This document shows positions 14,107 to 25,595 of a DNA stretch of 64,000 nt, piece after piece (the first letter of the stretch is position 1; each line of letters begins with the position of its first letter). Below the pieces are notes generated by a model. The model made no database searches and was not told where the DNA came from. It saw only the letters and a program-made list of their open reading frames with translations. The stretch is from Psammoneis japonica (lineage: Eukaryota). Both the position numbers and the translations under genes were made by a program. Location: assembly GCA_008632985.1 (NCBI GenBank), contig QPGO01000004.1:744001-808000 (forward strand). Direction: 5' to 3'.

Positions 14107-15864
14107 ATGCGGGCGAAGTTTGATGTTTCTGCGGCATGTTTTGCCATGATGATTCTTATTGCTCGCTGTGGTGGGTTCACCTCTTGCTCGTTGTCATCTG
14201 CATCAAGAAATCGCGTATTTCTGCTACACGAGGAGTCTTCAATAGTTAGAAACACTATTTCCCTTACTCGCCCAAATCACAAGATATCAAAGCGATGGGC
14301 TGAAGCTGCTGACTCCCAAAGTAGTATGAACATTGAGGAAGAAGGGAGTGGTCAAAGCGTAACGTCGGCCATTTTCAACCTCATAAAAGCCTGCGTTGGC
14401 ACGGGAGCCCTGACTCTACCGTGGGGTGTTGCTGTAGCTAGTGATGTTCCTAAAGCGTAAGTGTACAAAGGGTTGCTACTGCCACTTACTGAATCGCCAC
14501 ACTGACATACCGTCATTGATGTCGACAAACACAGACTGATTCCTGCGTCAGACAAGTGATGACTTTAGCTGCGTTAAGCGCCTACACTTTCTTCATGATT
14601 GGGAGAATCTGTAATTTTAATGGTGCAACTAGCCTAGGGGATGCCTGGGAGAAGGAGGTAGGAGCCAGGTCTGCTTGGATCGTTTCCGCTGCCTGCTTTC
14701 TATGCGCTTTTGGCTCGGCAATCACCTACTCTATCCTCTTGGGAGACTCGCTCTGCAGTTTAGCAACCGCTGCTGGCTTGAAGGTATGTGTTACATCCTC
14801 CTGCTGGTTGTCGCCTTCTCTGACCAAATCTCACCGCTTATGTCTTTGAAGGGGTTGTTGGCGGCTCGACAGACTTCAATTCTGGCGATAACAACGTCAG
14901 TTCTGTATCCGTTGTGTGGTCTTCAGTCCCTGAGTTCACTTGCACCAATTTCACTTGTTGGTACTGCTGGAGTATTCATAACGTGTATTTTTATGATGCT
15001 TCGATCCATCCCTGGAGGACCATATGCTCTACCAAACGGAGCTTTCCTCGCTTCGGTTCCTACGAATCTGCAGCCGTCGTTTGGAAAAATCGGTTCCGCT
15101 CACATCTTATCGCCCACTTCATTGATTCTCAGCTCAACGGCAGCGGTCTCATATTTGGCTCATTTCAACGCACCAGCCTTTTTCCATGCTCTTGGAAAAC
15201 GCAAGCCTCTTCCCAAATATGGTCTCATGACAACCATTGGTTTTGCAGTTGTCGGCCTTATCAATATATGGGTCATGGCCTCGGGCTTTCTCACATTCGG
15301 TGGGAACTGCTCTGACATCATCCTCAACAACTACTCCCACTCTGATGCAGGAGCGGCTATCTGCCGGTTGCTAATGGCTCTTAGTGTTATTGGCTCGTAC
15401 CCCTTCATGATGACCGCAATGAAGTCTGCATTTCTTCAAGTTTCCGGTAAAGGTAAGAATGTACTTCGCGTTCAATGCCACTCTCCAGGCGCCTATCTGC
15501 GTCTCACCAATTTTTTGGGTTATAAATAGAGAAAGAAGCATCTCCAGCGTTAGGAAGAAAGGTTTCACGCACTTTGTTGGCGATTATCACCAGTATTTCG
15601 TTGGTTGTACGCGATGCCGGCTTTCTCGTAAGTCTCGTCGGAGCCATTACAGGTTCTGCAATTATATATATTTTTCCGCCCGTACTGTATCGGAAAGTGA
15701 CTGCTAGACGCATTCGACAAGGCGTATTGGAGGAGAGTAAACGAATCAGGTTCGAACGAGCTTCGAGTTTGGCTCTGATAGCATTTGGTGTTTGCGCTGC
15801 ATTCGCGGGTACTGCCGTCACGGTTGTGAATTCCTACTTTCCTCATTACCTGCTTGTCTCGTAA
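14107..15864 (+). CDS. Amino acid/auxin permease (Aa_trans) family transporter, possible plastid presequence; 4 exons
   Basis: SAIFNLIKACVGTGALTLPWG, YLAHFNAP, GFLTFG, ILNNY, SYPF, GAITGSAIIYIFPP; multiple TM helices. The junction near 14535-14556 is ambiguous (alternative acceptor or 1-nt indel). Confidence 0.88.
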
Positions 15865-15971
15865 CAAAGAAATGTCAGCGCAAGGTTTCTTACTGCAGAT
15901 ACAAAAACAAAGCTAGAAATCGGTGCAAAGCAAATTGATCGCTACACTTCTATTCGTACGGTACGAACAGG

Positions 15972-16925
15972 TTACTTCTTGGCTTTTTTCTTGCTGTTCT
16001 TCTTGTTTTTGGCTAAGAGGCGAGCCTGGATTTTCTCAAAATCTTCGTCACCTAAGGGATCTGGTTCCTCAACCCCATATTTGCCTTTGATACTGGAAAG
16101 CATGTCCTCAAAACCTGCTTGACGCTGTGCGACTGCGTTCTTGTTTCGAATCTTTGACATGAGGGCTTCGGCTTCTGCTTCCTCCTTTTCGCGTCGCTTA
16201 GTTTTTGCCTTTGATGCCTTGGCCTTTTTGGGAGGATCCTTCTTCTTAGACTTTGCTTTGGATTTCTTCTTCTTTGCTTTTTCGTCTGATTCGGATTCTT
16301 CCGTTTCAGTCTCTTCCATATCCGCGGAAGCCGCTTCTGTTTCGGCATCATTCATGGTATTGGCTAACTTAGCAGAGTAGTCCTCGATGTCGCCTCTCTG
16401 AATAGCTGGCCTTATGAAATCTTCGACCCATCGCTTCTTGTCGCACTCGTTGCTCAACATGACGCAGTCAAGCATTTTGTTAAGGTCGCCCTGGAATTTC
16501 TGGTAGTATTTCAAGACGTCTTGCTCTTCTTCGTCCGAACATTTGTATTTTGCTTCAAAGTTATCAATGTCCGAGGTTGAGATCTTTCCAAAGATTCGAG
16601 AAAAGTAATTTCGCCACATATCGGTGCCTGCTTTGTTGGTTCCAAGGTCTTCGTCGTCGACGAGCTCTCCACTCTCGTCATACTCAGCTCGTTTCTCAGG
16701 ATCTTTCAAGATTTCATATGCAACAGATATGGCCTGAAATTTCGCTGTAGCTTCCTCTTCGGTGCTGCTCCCTTTCTGTTGCTTATCAGGGTGATACATC
16801 AAAGCTTTCTGGTAGTAGCTTCGTCGTATCTGAGCAGCAGTCGCATCCTTTGAAACGCCTAAAACATCTTTGTACAGGTCAGCACCTTCTCCAAATGCCT
16901 GAGCAATTACCGTTGCAGCACTCAT
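15972..16925 (-). CDS. DNAJC9: J-domain co-chaperone, DNAJC9-like
   Basis: LYKDVLGV..A...QIRRSY..ALMYHPDK; FQAISVAYEILKDPEKRAEYD; YKCSDEEEQDVLKYY typical of DNAJC9; Lys-rich tail. Confidence 0.85.
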   Translation of the reverse strand: MSAATVIAQAFGEGADLYKDVLGVSKDATAAQIRRSYYQKALMYHPDKQQKGSSTEEEATAKFQAISVAYEILKDPEKRAEYDESGELVDDEDLGTNKAGTDMWRNYFSRIFGKISTSDIDNFEAKYKCSDEEEQDVLKYYQKFQGDLNKMLDCVMLSNECDKKRWVEDFIRPAIQRGDIEDYSAKLANTMNDAETEAASADMEETETEESESDEKAKKKKSKAKSKKKDPPKKAKASKAKTKRREKEEAEAEALMSKIRNKNAVAQRQAGFEDMLSSIKGKYGVEEPDPLGDEDFEKIQARLLAKNKKNSKKKAKK

Positions 16926-17616
16926 CTTGAACGATTCCTCGGTCCCCTCAGGCACAGCCGGTGACGCTATGACACAGAATACAGAGCAAAGTGCGGTTCA
17001 GTTTCGTTTTGCGGCTTTGGCTGACAGCGTCAACGTTATATACCGGTATAAGGAGTTGAGTTGCTGAAGCGACGACGCGGAGGTCGGAGGTCGAAGTTCG
17101 AGGTCGGAGCGAAGTCGAAATCGAAAAATGGCGCGCAAAAATTCCAATGCTTATTATTTTTATTTCGAAAAAAAGGAAAAAAGGCGTAAGGCATCATTCT
17201 ATCTACCATCTTCTATCATAGCTCTAGAGAGGCTTACTGTGTATATGTAATGTACCTAGCTTGCAGGCAAGAGAAGATAGAAGATACCATAATAGAGAGT
17301 CGAGTGACACCGGGAAGATAGGTTTGCGTATTCATTTTTAGAGTTTATTGACGCTTGTGCATGCTTCACGAGACTGAACGAGAAAAAACCGCACAGTTCA
17401 CAGCAAGCACAAGTATCATAGCAGTCTGCAAACGACGACGGACAGTTGATCGAGGTTAAAATTTTTAATAATGATACTTTACTGTAGAAAGCACAATCAC
17501 TACAAAGACATAGACACCATCAGACGAGGTGTTTCGTTTTAAAGGATAACCGCATTCATCACGCACGGTGCCTTTCGTTGTCTCTTCAGAAACCCTCGCT
17601 CACTCACACTCATGTC

Positions 17617-17739
17617 TTAACCACAGCAGCAACCGTCGGTACACCACTTGTAAAAGCGAGCCATCTTGTACTTTATGAGAGCAGGGTAACCACCCTTTTG
17701 GTAAACCGCCTTGTCGGCCATGCTATCCTTGACACCCAT
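17617..17739 (-). CDS. Putative 40-aa microprotein MGVKDSMADKAVYQKGGYPALIKYKMARFYKWCTDGCCCG, with probable 5'UTR intron
   Basis: ATG in AAAATGG context. Polypyrimidine tract plus TTGCAG acceptor at 17754; GT donors at 17847/17851; TATAAA on the minus strand at ~17981-17986. Confidence 0.5.
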   Translation of the reverse strand: MGVKDSMADKAVYQKGGYPALIKYKMARFYKWCTDGCCCG

Positions 17740-18387
17740 TTTGACGTTGACACCTGCAACAAAAAGAAACAACACAAGGCAAACGGCAAGCGATGTGAGA
17801 CACAATTTTAATGATCATGAAAGATCAAGCAGCTTCAGTCGAATTACCCACCTTTGTTCACAGGTTGATGCTTTTGCTCTGTCAATGAGGAGTAAGTGTT
17901 GGCGGCATGTGTGTTTCTTGCGATTGCAGAGGGTCACGTTCGGCGATTTTGTGGCGAAATTTTGATGTCGTATGACTGCGTTTATAACTTTTTAAATATT
18001 CATTCTGAATATATGATAATCGACCTGGAGATCAAAAATATATTCAGTACTGTAGGGCCTATCTAGTCGCATATGTGCAGTACTGTACGGTATGTTGTGT
18101 ATGTTCAATCAATTTCTGTCATTTTCTATCTTTTTGGTTTTTCGAAAAACTTCGTGCTTCGTTCATTTTTTGATGTTTGTCTTCATTCTACGCATTGTGG
18201 CTACTCGTACTGTAGACTATTGACTATTGTCTATTACGGTACCATAGGTGTAGTGTTCATCGGCAATTACCAGGGTCTCGGTAATCACTTTTAAGAGGAT
18301 TTCATGTCGCGAACCCTTGGTCCGAGTCTGCCATAGACGCTCTGAACATGGTTCACAACCATCGAGGATCTTGTTGATACGTAGCTT

Positions 18388-19577
18388 ATGGGCGGCATGG
18401 GTGTGCGCCGGTCTCTCGTTTTCTTCGCGACCGCAATACTGACTAGAAGTAATGACGTCTGCCTTGGATTCTCTTTGAGCGGCAATGACGCGGCGGCTAT
18501 TGTCGACCATTGTACTTTGGAAAAGTTGAGGGAGCTTCTTGGTGCGGCGCGTATCGACATGTCGGAGGTAAATGTTGATGTCTTGTCTGGATCTGGTTTC
18601 TGCAATGCACTTTATAGGATCCAAACCAAGGACTCCAAAGCTTCAGGGACCCACTGCTCTACATTTGTTGCTAAGATCTTTTCACCTTTAGCATTGCAAC
18701 GACTTGATCCGAATGTTGACGTAGGCCACGTCGATAGTCTAGCTTCAGATCAATGTTTGGGCCCAAAACTGATTTCGGCCACGAGGGACGGGATTTTGAT
18801 GGAGTGCGTTGATGGCAGCGAATGTACTGAAGCAGATCTGCATGGAAAGGAAGCCACTGGATTATGCCAGTCTATCGCCAGATGCATTGCTCAATTTCAC
18901 GCAATGGAAGCAACATCCTCCGAACGGACAAACATGCTGTGGCACAGTATAGAAGTGATGCTTTCACTCTGCCAAAGTAGCAAACGCTTGCAAGTTGGTA
19001 ACTCAGAATGGTCGACTCTTGACCTCAAAGACGAGGTAGCCAGACTAAGAAAAGTATTGAAGAGCTGCGCTTGCCGTTAGTATTGGGACACGGTGACTTC
19101 AAGCCCTCGAATGTAATTGTGACGAATCCTTTCGGCGTGCTACTGATTGACTTTGAGCTTTCCGGAATGAACTATCGTGGTTTTGATATAGGCAAACTCT
19201 TTCGTACGAGTACCACCACAAGGAGTTCGGAGTCGAACTTTGAGTCATTTATTGAAGAATATGTAGCAGCGACAAACCGGCTGAAAGGCACTCAAGGTGT
19301 CGTACAAATGACGAATACTGTCGCTTTCGCTTGAAGCGAGAATCATGCAATCTCTCTCTGTGAGTGAATCCTCCATCCGACGGCACGCTTTCCTTCATGT
19401 TGTTTCATGCTAGTAATATGCATTCCTAACTATAGCCAACACTGTCTCGTAGTGGCTTGAAGCTGCCATATTCTTTCAATGCCTTAGGACCATGGATCGA
19501 AACAAAGAGCAAAATGGAAGTCGCTTGCATCGGCGAGGCTAGTTTGCTACGAATCTTCAAAGGCTGAGTGTGACCTG
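18388..19577 (+). CDS. Choline/ethanolamine kinase-like phosphotransferase, frameshifted in this sequence (assembly error or pseudogene)
   Basis: LSGSGFCNALYRI, LGPKL, GHGDFKPSN, LIDFELSGMNYRGFDIGK, WLEAAIFF after an intron at ~19360-19451. Frame breaks near 19050, 19295-19315 and 19498. Confidence 0.75.
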
Positions 19578-20284
19578 ATGATTGACAGATACAGGAAACT
19601 GAAGACGCAGTGAAATCCAGATGGAGGGTTAACACCACTGTCTCGTCATGACGACGTGGCTTGGCGGAATGTGGGTGTTTTTGACATGCAGAAAGTGCAT
19701 CGAATCCGGTCGTCAACTGGTCGGACCTGCAGTTGAGTCTCTGGCTCAAAACTTGACGACACGAGACGGCTAGTGCCTAGAGAATGAACGAAATGTTAAT
19801 GCCATGTTAAAAGTGCCTTTTCTTTATTGAAAAGTCCAAACCCTTGCATATATCCTGTTGCCCCAGACCATTAGACTTGTGGAAGTCATACGTCAAACAA
19901 CCCAACAGAATTATGATGCAAAAAGAAGAATGAGGTAAAATGAGGATGGCCACCTCTCTAACTTCGAACTCTTGATCGACCGCGAACTCGATAGAGATAG
20001 TACAGTAGACGGCTACTTCAGTTCGGTAGAGAAGTTTTAGTAGTATCTTCTTCAACTAAGTCACTATAGTAGCTTGCTCCTGTTAAAGGTACCTCTATAG
20101 ACACTCTAGAGAGTAGCTAGTTACTAGCTCTAGAGTAGAGAGAGCTCACCGCCACGCCACGGCACAGGAAACAGGGCCAACAAAAATCGTGTTCGTTTGT
20201 CCGAGCAAAGAACAAATGCCCGTTTGGGCCAAACCCGTCGTAGAAGCACAATGACAAAAACTCGAACAACGGCGACGACCTACC

Positions 20285-22859
20285 ATGGGCTGGCAATGCG
20301 GCGCTTGTACGTTTCTGCATGAAATGGATGGCGCTCTGGCGTGCGAAATGTGTAATACACCAAGGAGCAGCAGCAGTCCCATCTTGGCGGCGCTATGCAA
20401 AGAAAGCGGCTGTGACGACTTTGTGTTTGGCAACGCATCAAGCGAAAGCAAGCGGAGTCGCGACGAGCGCAAGCGCCGTAGAAAGAGCGAGCCATCTGTT
20501 GAAATATCCGACAATCGCAATGACGGTTTGAAGAGCGATGAAAGTGACGCTTATCTTCAGAGTATGGAGGAGAAGGGCGGCGGAGATCAAACCGTTTCGG
20601 TAATTATTGCCACTAGCAAACGCAAAGCAGCAACCAAGAAGCTGGCTCAGACGAATCTCTTTGGTACTGTGGGAGAGAAAGCTGATGCAAACTCTTGGAA
20701 ACGAACGAAAGTATCGGAAGAGTCAACTGCCAGTACCAACTCTAGCGCTTCGACTTCTGTCATTCGGAATCAGGCGCTCTTGGATATGGACGTACCCTTT
20801 CCACGTGTGTGGGAAAAGGCAATGACAAAATGAGGGAAATCTTCGGCATTGAGTCCTTGAGGAATCTTCAACCAATCGCAATCGAAAATGCACTGAAACG
20901 CAAAAGTCAAATCATTGTGATGGCTACTGGTGGGGGCAAAAGTCTTTGCTATCAGCTACCAGCGGTGTGTTTGCCGGGTCTCACTATTGTAGTTTCGCCC
21001 TTGATTGCTCTGATGAATGATCAAGTCAAGGCGCTAACTGATAAGGGGGTGGCGGCAGCGCTCGTTTCGTCCGCGAGTGGACAACGACACAATAGAGAGG
21101 TACTAGATCGATTGCTTGGACGCAGAACAAGCAAAAAGAGGAGCAAGTCAAAGTCGGCAGAGCCACCACTCAAACCTGTAACTTTGCTGTACTGCACTCC
21201 AGAGCTTGTGCAGACTGAGCGTTTCAGAGACATTCTAATTGAGCTCAATGAAAAGAAGCAGCTTGTTCTCTTTGCGATTGACGAAGCTCATTGTCTCTCT
21301 GCTTGGGGGCATGACTTCAGGCCGTCGTTTCTTAAGCTGTCTTGGTTGAGGTATTCCTTTCCTCACGTCCCATGCATAGCGTGCACAGCTACAGCTACAC
21401 AAAAGGTCATTTCCGACATTCGCGAGACGCTTCGTTTAGAAAAGGCCCCTTGTCACATGGGAACATTCAATCGTGAGAATATTCATTATCAAGTACGTTT
21501 CAAAGATACTCTTGATGGCATGAAGGTGGGTGGAGCCATGGGGGATCTCGTTGAGTTTGTAAAGGAGCAGCATGCACAAGCCAAAGACAGCCCATGTAGT
21601 GGTATTATTTACGTTCATAAACGCCAAGACACTGAGGATATTGCGAGAGAGATATCCCGCCATACTGGAATCAAAGCTTCTCCGTATCACGCTGGACTCA
21701 AAGATGCACAGCGCTCAGAGATACAACGGCAATGGACGAATGGGTCGACCAAAATTGCCGTGGCTACGGTTGCGTTCGGTATGGGGATCGATTTGCCTCA
21801 CGTGCGTTATGTTGCTCATTGGACTATTGCAAAATCTGTGGAGGGATTCTATCAAGAATCTGGCCGCGCTGGGAGAGACGGGCTTCCAGCTGTGTCTGTC
21901 GTGTACTACTCCAAAGATGATGCATCGCGGTTTTCGTATCTTCTGACGAATGCCAGGAAGCCATCGTCAAAATCGACGGGAAACAATGAAGCGAACGTTG
22001 CTGCGCTTGAGAGCATGGTAAATTATTGCACATCGCCATGCTGTCGTCGGCAGTTCCTACTTGCCCACTTTGGAGAAAAGGTGGACGCGGCGAAAGTGTG
22101 CAACAAAACTTGCGATTTTTGCCAGAGCCCGAGCAAAGTGGAAGAGGCCATTCGAGTCTCAGGTTTAGGAAGAGATTTCCTGCAGCCGCAACAGTTTATT
22201 CGTGCTCAAAAATCTTTCTCAGACTCGGAATGGGACGGTCAGTGGGGTGAACCTCACATGGAAGATTCTAATGAGTTGGAAGAAACGCTTGACGAGGGTT
22301 TGGACGACACTGGTTTGTCTCTGACTGGGGGCTACGTGGAGTTGGAGTCATCAATCCGAAATGATACCTGCATAAAATCTGGAAGCACCACGAAAGCTTC
22401 CTTCACAAGCGCAAAGAAAGTTCTTGAAAAGTACGAGGTATGTTCTAGCTAGGTAAATTGGTACGGTATCAGCAGGAAAAGTCGCTGAAGTTACTGAAAC
22501 TGATACATGTGGTTGCATCTTATTCCTGACTATAGGTGATGGAATGTCAGCAAGGCGAATCGAATGGTTTTGTAAACTTTAGACAGAAGCTTGACCAGAC
22601 CAAATCAAGCAGTAAAAGTGTTGTCATTCCACAACACCTTTCCCGCGGTCTACCGGATCCTCTTGCTCATTTCCAAGCGCCGAAAAAGCAACCTGATCCA
22701 AGTAGCACAAAGCTTTCTTCAGAGGCCGAACGCTTGAAAGAAGAGTTGAAGCAGCTGCGAGAACAAAAGGCAGCGCAACTCAAAGCTCTAAAGGCTAAAC
22801 CCGCTCGCGTTCCCAAGGCGGTTGCCCCAACTTTGGCGTTCACGACAAAGCGCAAGTAG
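20285..22859 (+). CDS. RecQ-family DNA helicase with N-terminal RanBP2-type zinc finger; one frameshift at ~20827 and one intron
   Basis: WQCGACTF..CEMC; MATGGGKSLCYQLP, DEAHC..WGHDFRP, TATAT, ATVAFGMGID, QESGRAGRDG, RQC Cys cluster CRR..L..FGE..C.KTCDFC. Intron 22438-22535. Confidence 0.92.
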
Positions 22860-23000
22860 AAGCACCAAGGTGCGCATGGATAGCATTACCCATAGGAATA
22901 CTGGCCATATTGTGTCATGCATCGGACGTTCGCGTGCCTTCTGCGGTATTGTTTGTGCCTCCCTTGGCACCTTTAGGAGGCGAAATAGATGATTCTTCTA

Positions 23001-24844
23001 CTAGCTCTCTTTGGCGTTCTTTCCCCCGTTTATGGGAGGGTTCCCGTTGTTTTTGATCTCCATGAGTTGCTTCAGCCGTTCAAGCTCTGCCTGGCTCGCC
23101 GCTAGGGCACTCGATTGCTTCTCGACCAACGCTTGGAGTTCTGACATGCCAAGCGTTCCGTCGGTAGACTCATTGCTTTGCACATCATCAGAAGACTGAC
23201 CACCTTGTGCAACTCCAGATCTCTCCCTCATGCCGGGACGTTGTCTTCTCCGTCGCGGCAGGTGTCGATCGGGATCGAAATACGCGTCAGGATGATACCC
23301 CGAATACATTGTAAACAGACTCTCGTTGAACATGGCTTGAAGTGTAACAACTGGGAGTTCGTTTGGAACATTGCGAAAGGGATTCTCCAGTTCTCTCGCC
23401 ACTTCGTGTAGGCCGGCTAGGCAACAAACAGTTAAGAAAGACAACAGCGCACCAAGCCAAACCTCATTCGTGTATTGGTCCATCATGAACGGGACAGCCG
23501 CGGTAACCAATATGATTGAAAATGCTGAAAGCTGTGCATGCGGGAAAGGGAAAGGAATGTACATGATTTTCCGAGCCTGATTGTACCCCATCATACCGTC
23601 ACCGAGGAACTGCAAGTAGGATCAAAAAACAAAAGGTTATGGTGTTCGTCTTTCTGAAGATGCAACGCTAGAGTGTGACGCTATTCCTACTATACCTGCA
23701 TAACACGACTGATAATGGGAGAACCCACTTCTCCCAAACTACCAGCTAGATGCTCGCGTGTAACAAACTCACTTAGCCACTGCCATGCCAACTGTGTTTT
23801 TGCTGACGGACCTCGAGCCATTTGAAGAAAGTAGATTTCACCGTCAGACACTCCACCTACGACTGGCAAAGGGTGGCAGGCATTGTACTTTGTACGAGCT
23901 TGCGGCGTCCTGTCAAAGCCCAGCCAGTGCCTGGCAAACCCACCAAAATCAAACTTTCTTGGTCTTTTCGAAAGCTTTCCCGGATTTACTGGTGGCCACG
24001 GAGAACCAGCGGTGTATGCAGTCAGGGGAGACTCCGCCCCTTCAATATCATTTCGCAAGGTGGAGAGCGCCACCGCACTCAGAAGGGATGTCAAATGAGC
24101 CAGTTCTTGAAGAAAGAGAGGCGGAGCTCTACCGCCAACCGTGCCTGCAAATCCCCGTTTGTCATGATGTGTGGCTTCGGACTTGCTGTAGAACGTGGTT
24201 TTGTCATCTGGATAGAAACCTTCCCACCCACCATCCAAGCGAGTGTTCCCGGCCAAAGGCTTTGGTTCGTCATCGGGAATAGATTCAATAGTTCTTCGGA
24301 GGTGGCCTTCGTCTCTCCGACCAATCGATTTGACAAACCGCGAATCAACGCGATTGATCGATTTGGGACGCTCAATCGAATTGCTACTTTGTACTTCTGA
24401 TTGAAATCTTTCAGAACTTTCAATAATGCGCTCTCTGTCTCTAGTCAAGAATGAATCCTTTAATTGAGGATAGTCGTAGTAACTGGGTGGTCGAATGAAA
24501 TCATAATGATCACATTGCATATGGTAGCATGCTGTATGCGTAGCGGCATCTGCCCATTTGCTCATCATCATAAAGATATCTGCACAAGCTTCCCAGTATC
24601 TGGCGTAAGCAAAATTCGCACGAAAGATAATTAGAAAGCTGACTGCTCCAACAAAGACACCAATAGCGTAGGGGTGGTTCAAGTCCTCGCGATCCAGTTC
24701 ATCCTGATTCTTTCGCCAACCCTGATTTATGGCAAGATAGATACCGACGCTAAACAAGCCGGGGAGAAGGGCTCTATAGACGGCTGATCCGTGAATTCTT
24801 AACAAAAGATTCAGACCAAACGCCCCCTTGTAATAGACAATCAT
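23001..24844 (-). CDS. Bestrophin-like (RFP-TM) anion channel, tandem copy A; 2 exons
   Basis: FLIIFRANFAYARYWEA, RKIMYIPFPFPHAQ, GLHEVARELENPF..PNELP. Intron 23610-23695. Confidence 0.88.
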
Positions 24845-25595
24845 GGTAGTGAAAGATCAACCTCGCGACAACAGCAGAGATAGCTGCGATTCGTGGGCTG
24901 TGAGAAGCCCAGCTTGGTGTGCTAACGCTAAACGTTTACGAGCACTCGACGCTATAGAAAATCGTGTTAAGCGTTCTCTCCTTCGACTCGAAAAAGGTTC
25001 ACGGTAGTCAGGGTTGAGGGATATCCGACTTGGGGTTGACAGCTAATGATAGGGTAGGAGACACACAACGCAAGCATGCGAACGGAATAACAACAAGGTT
25101 CAAGGCTTGACGCGACTCTTCTCTTCGCGTGAGATGTGCGTGCATGAGCTTGTGACCAACCTTCTTTCCGTTGCGTTAGTTAGCCAATACTGTACAGAAC
25201 TTTCGCTGTAGAAATGACAAGATTGACACGGTATCGACTCCAATTATGACTGAATGTTTCATCGATATTCATATCTGAATACGCCGTTTAGACGATTGAT
25301 AAAAAGTGGTCGCGTCACAGAAGCGCCTCTGCTCCGCTTCATTTTGTTGGTCCTCATCCTCAATCTTTTATCAACAGCTTCTCACATACCGGTACCATGC
25401 AATGCTAAAGCGTCCTGCATAATGTTAAAAAAAAATTGTCAATCATTTATCTATTGATGATTACACGCCATACCATATAACGATAGTCCTGCACATCTCG
25501 CTCTCCAGTCTAGAGTAGAAAGATCATGAAGTATGTTAAAAGTTGGCAATCGGTACATGCCCCCATCTATAAAACAAAACAGTGCTACTACATCA

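Noticed and set aside
20820..20835. Programmed ribosomal frameshift (AAA-stop, Euplotes-like)
   Set aside because: The required shift is -1 rather than +1, the frameshift sites share no slippery motif, and homopolymer deletion error is simpler.
23634..23670. Fluoride-riboswitch-like GGTTATGGTGTTCGTC in the bestrophin A intron
   Set aside because: It is antisense to the gene, not preserved in paralog B, and lacks the downstream pseudoknot partner.
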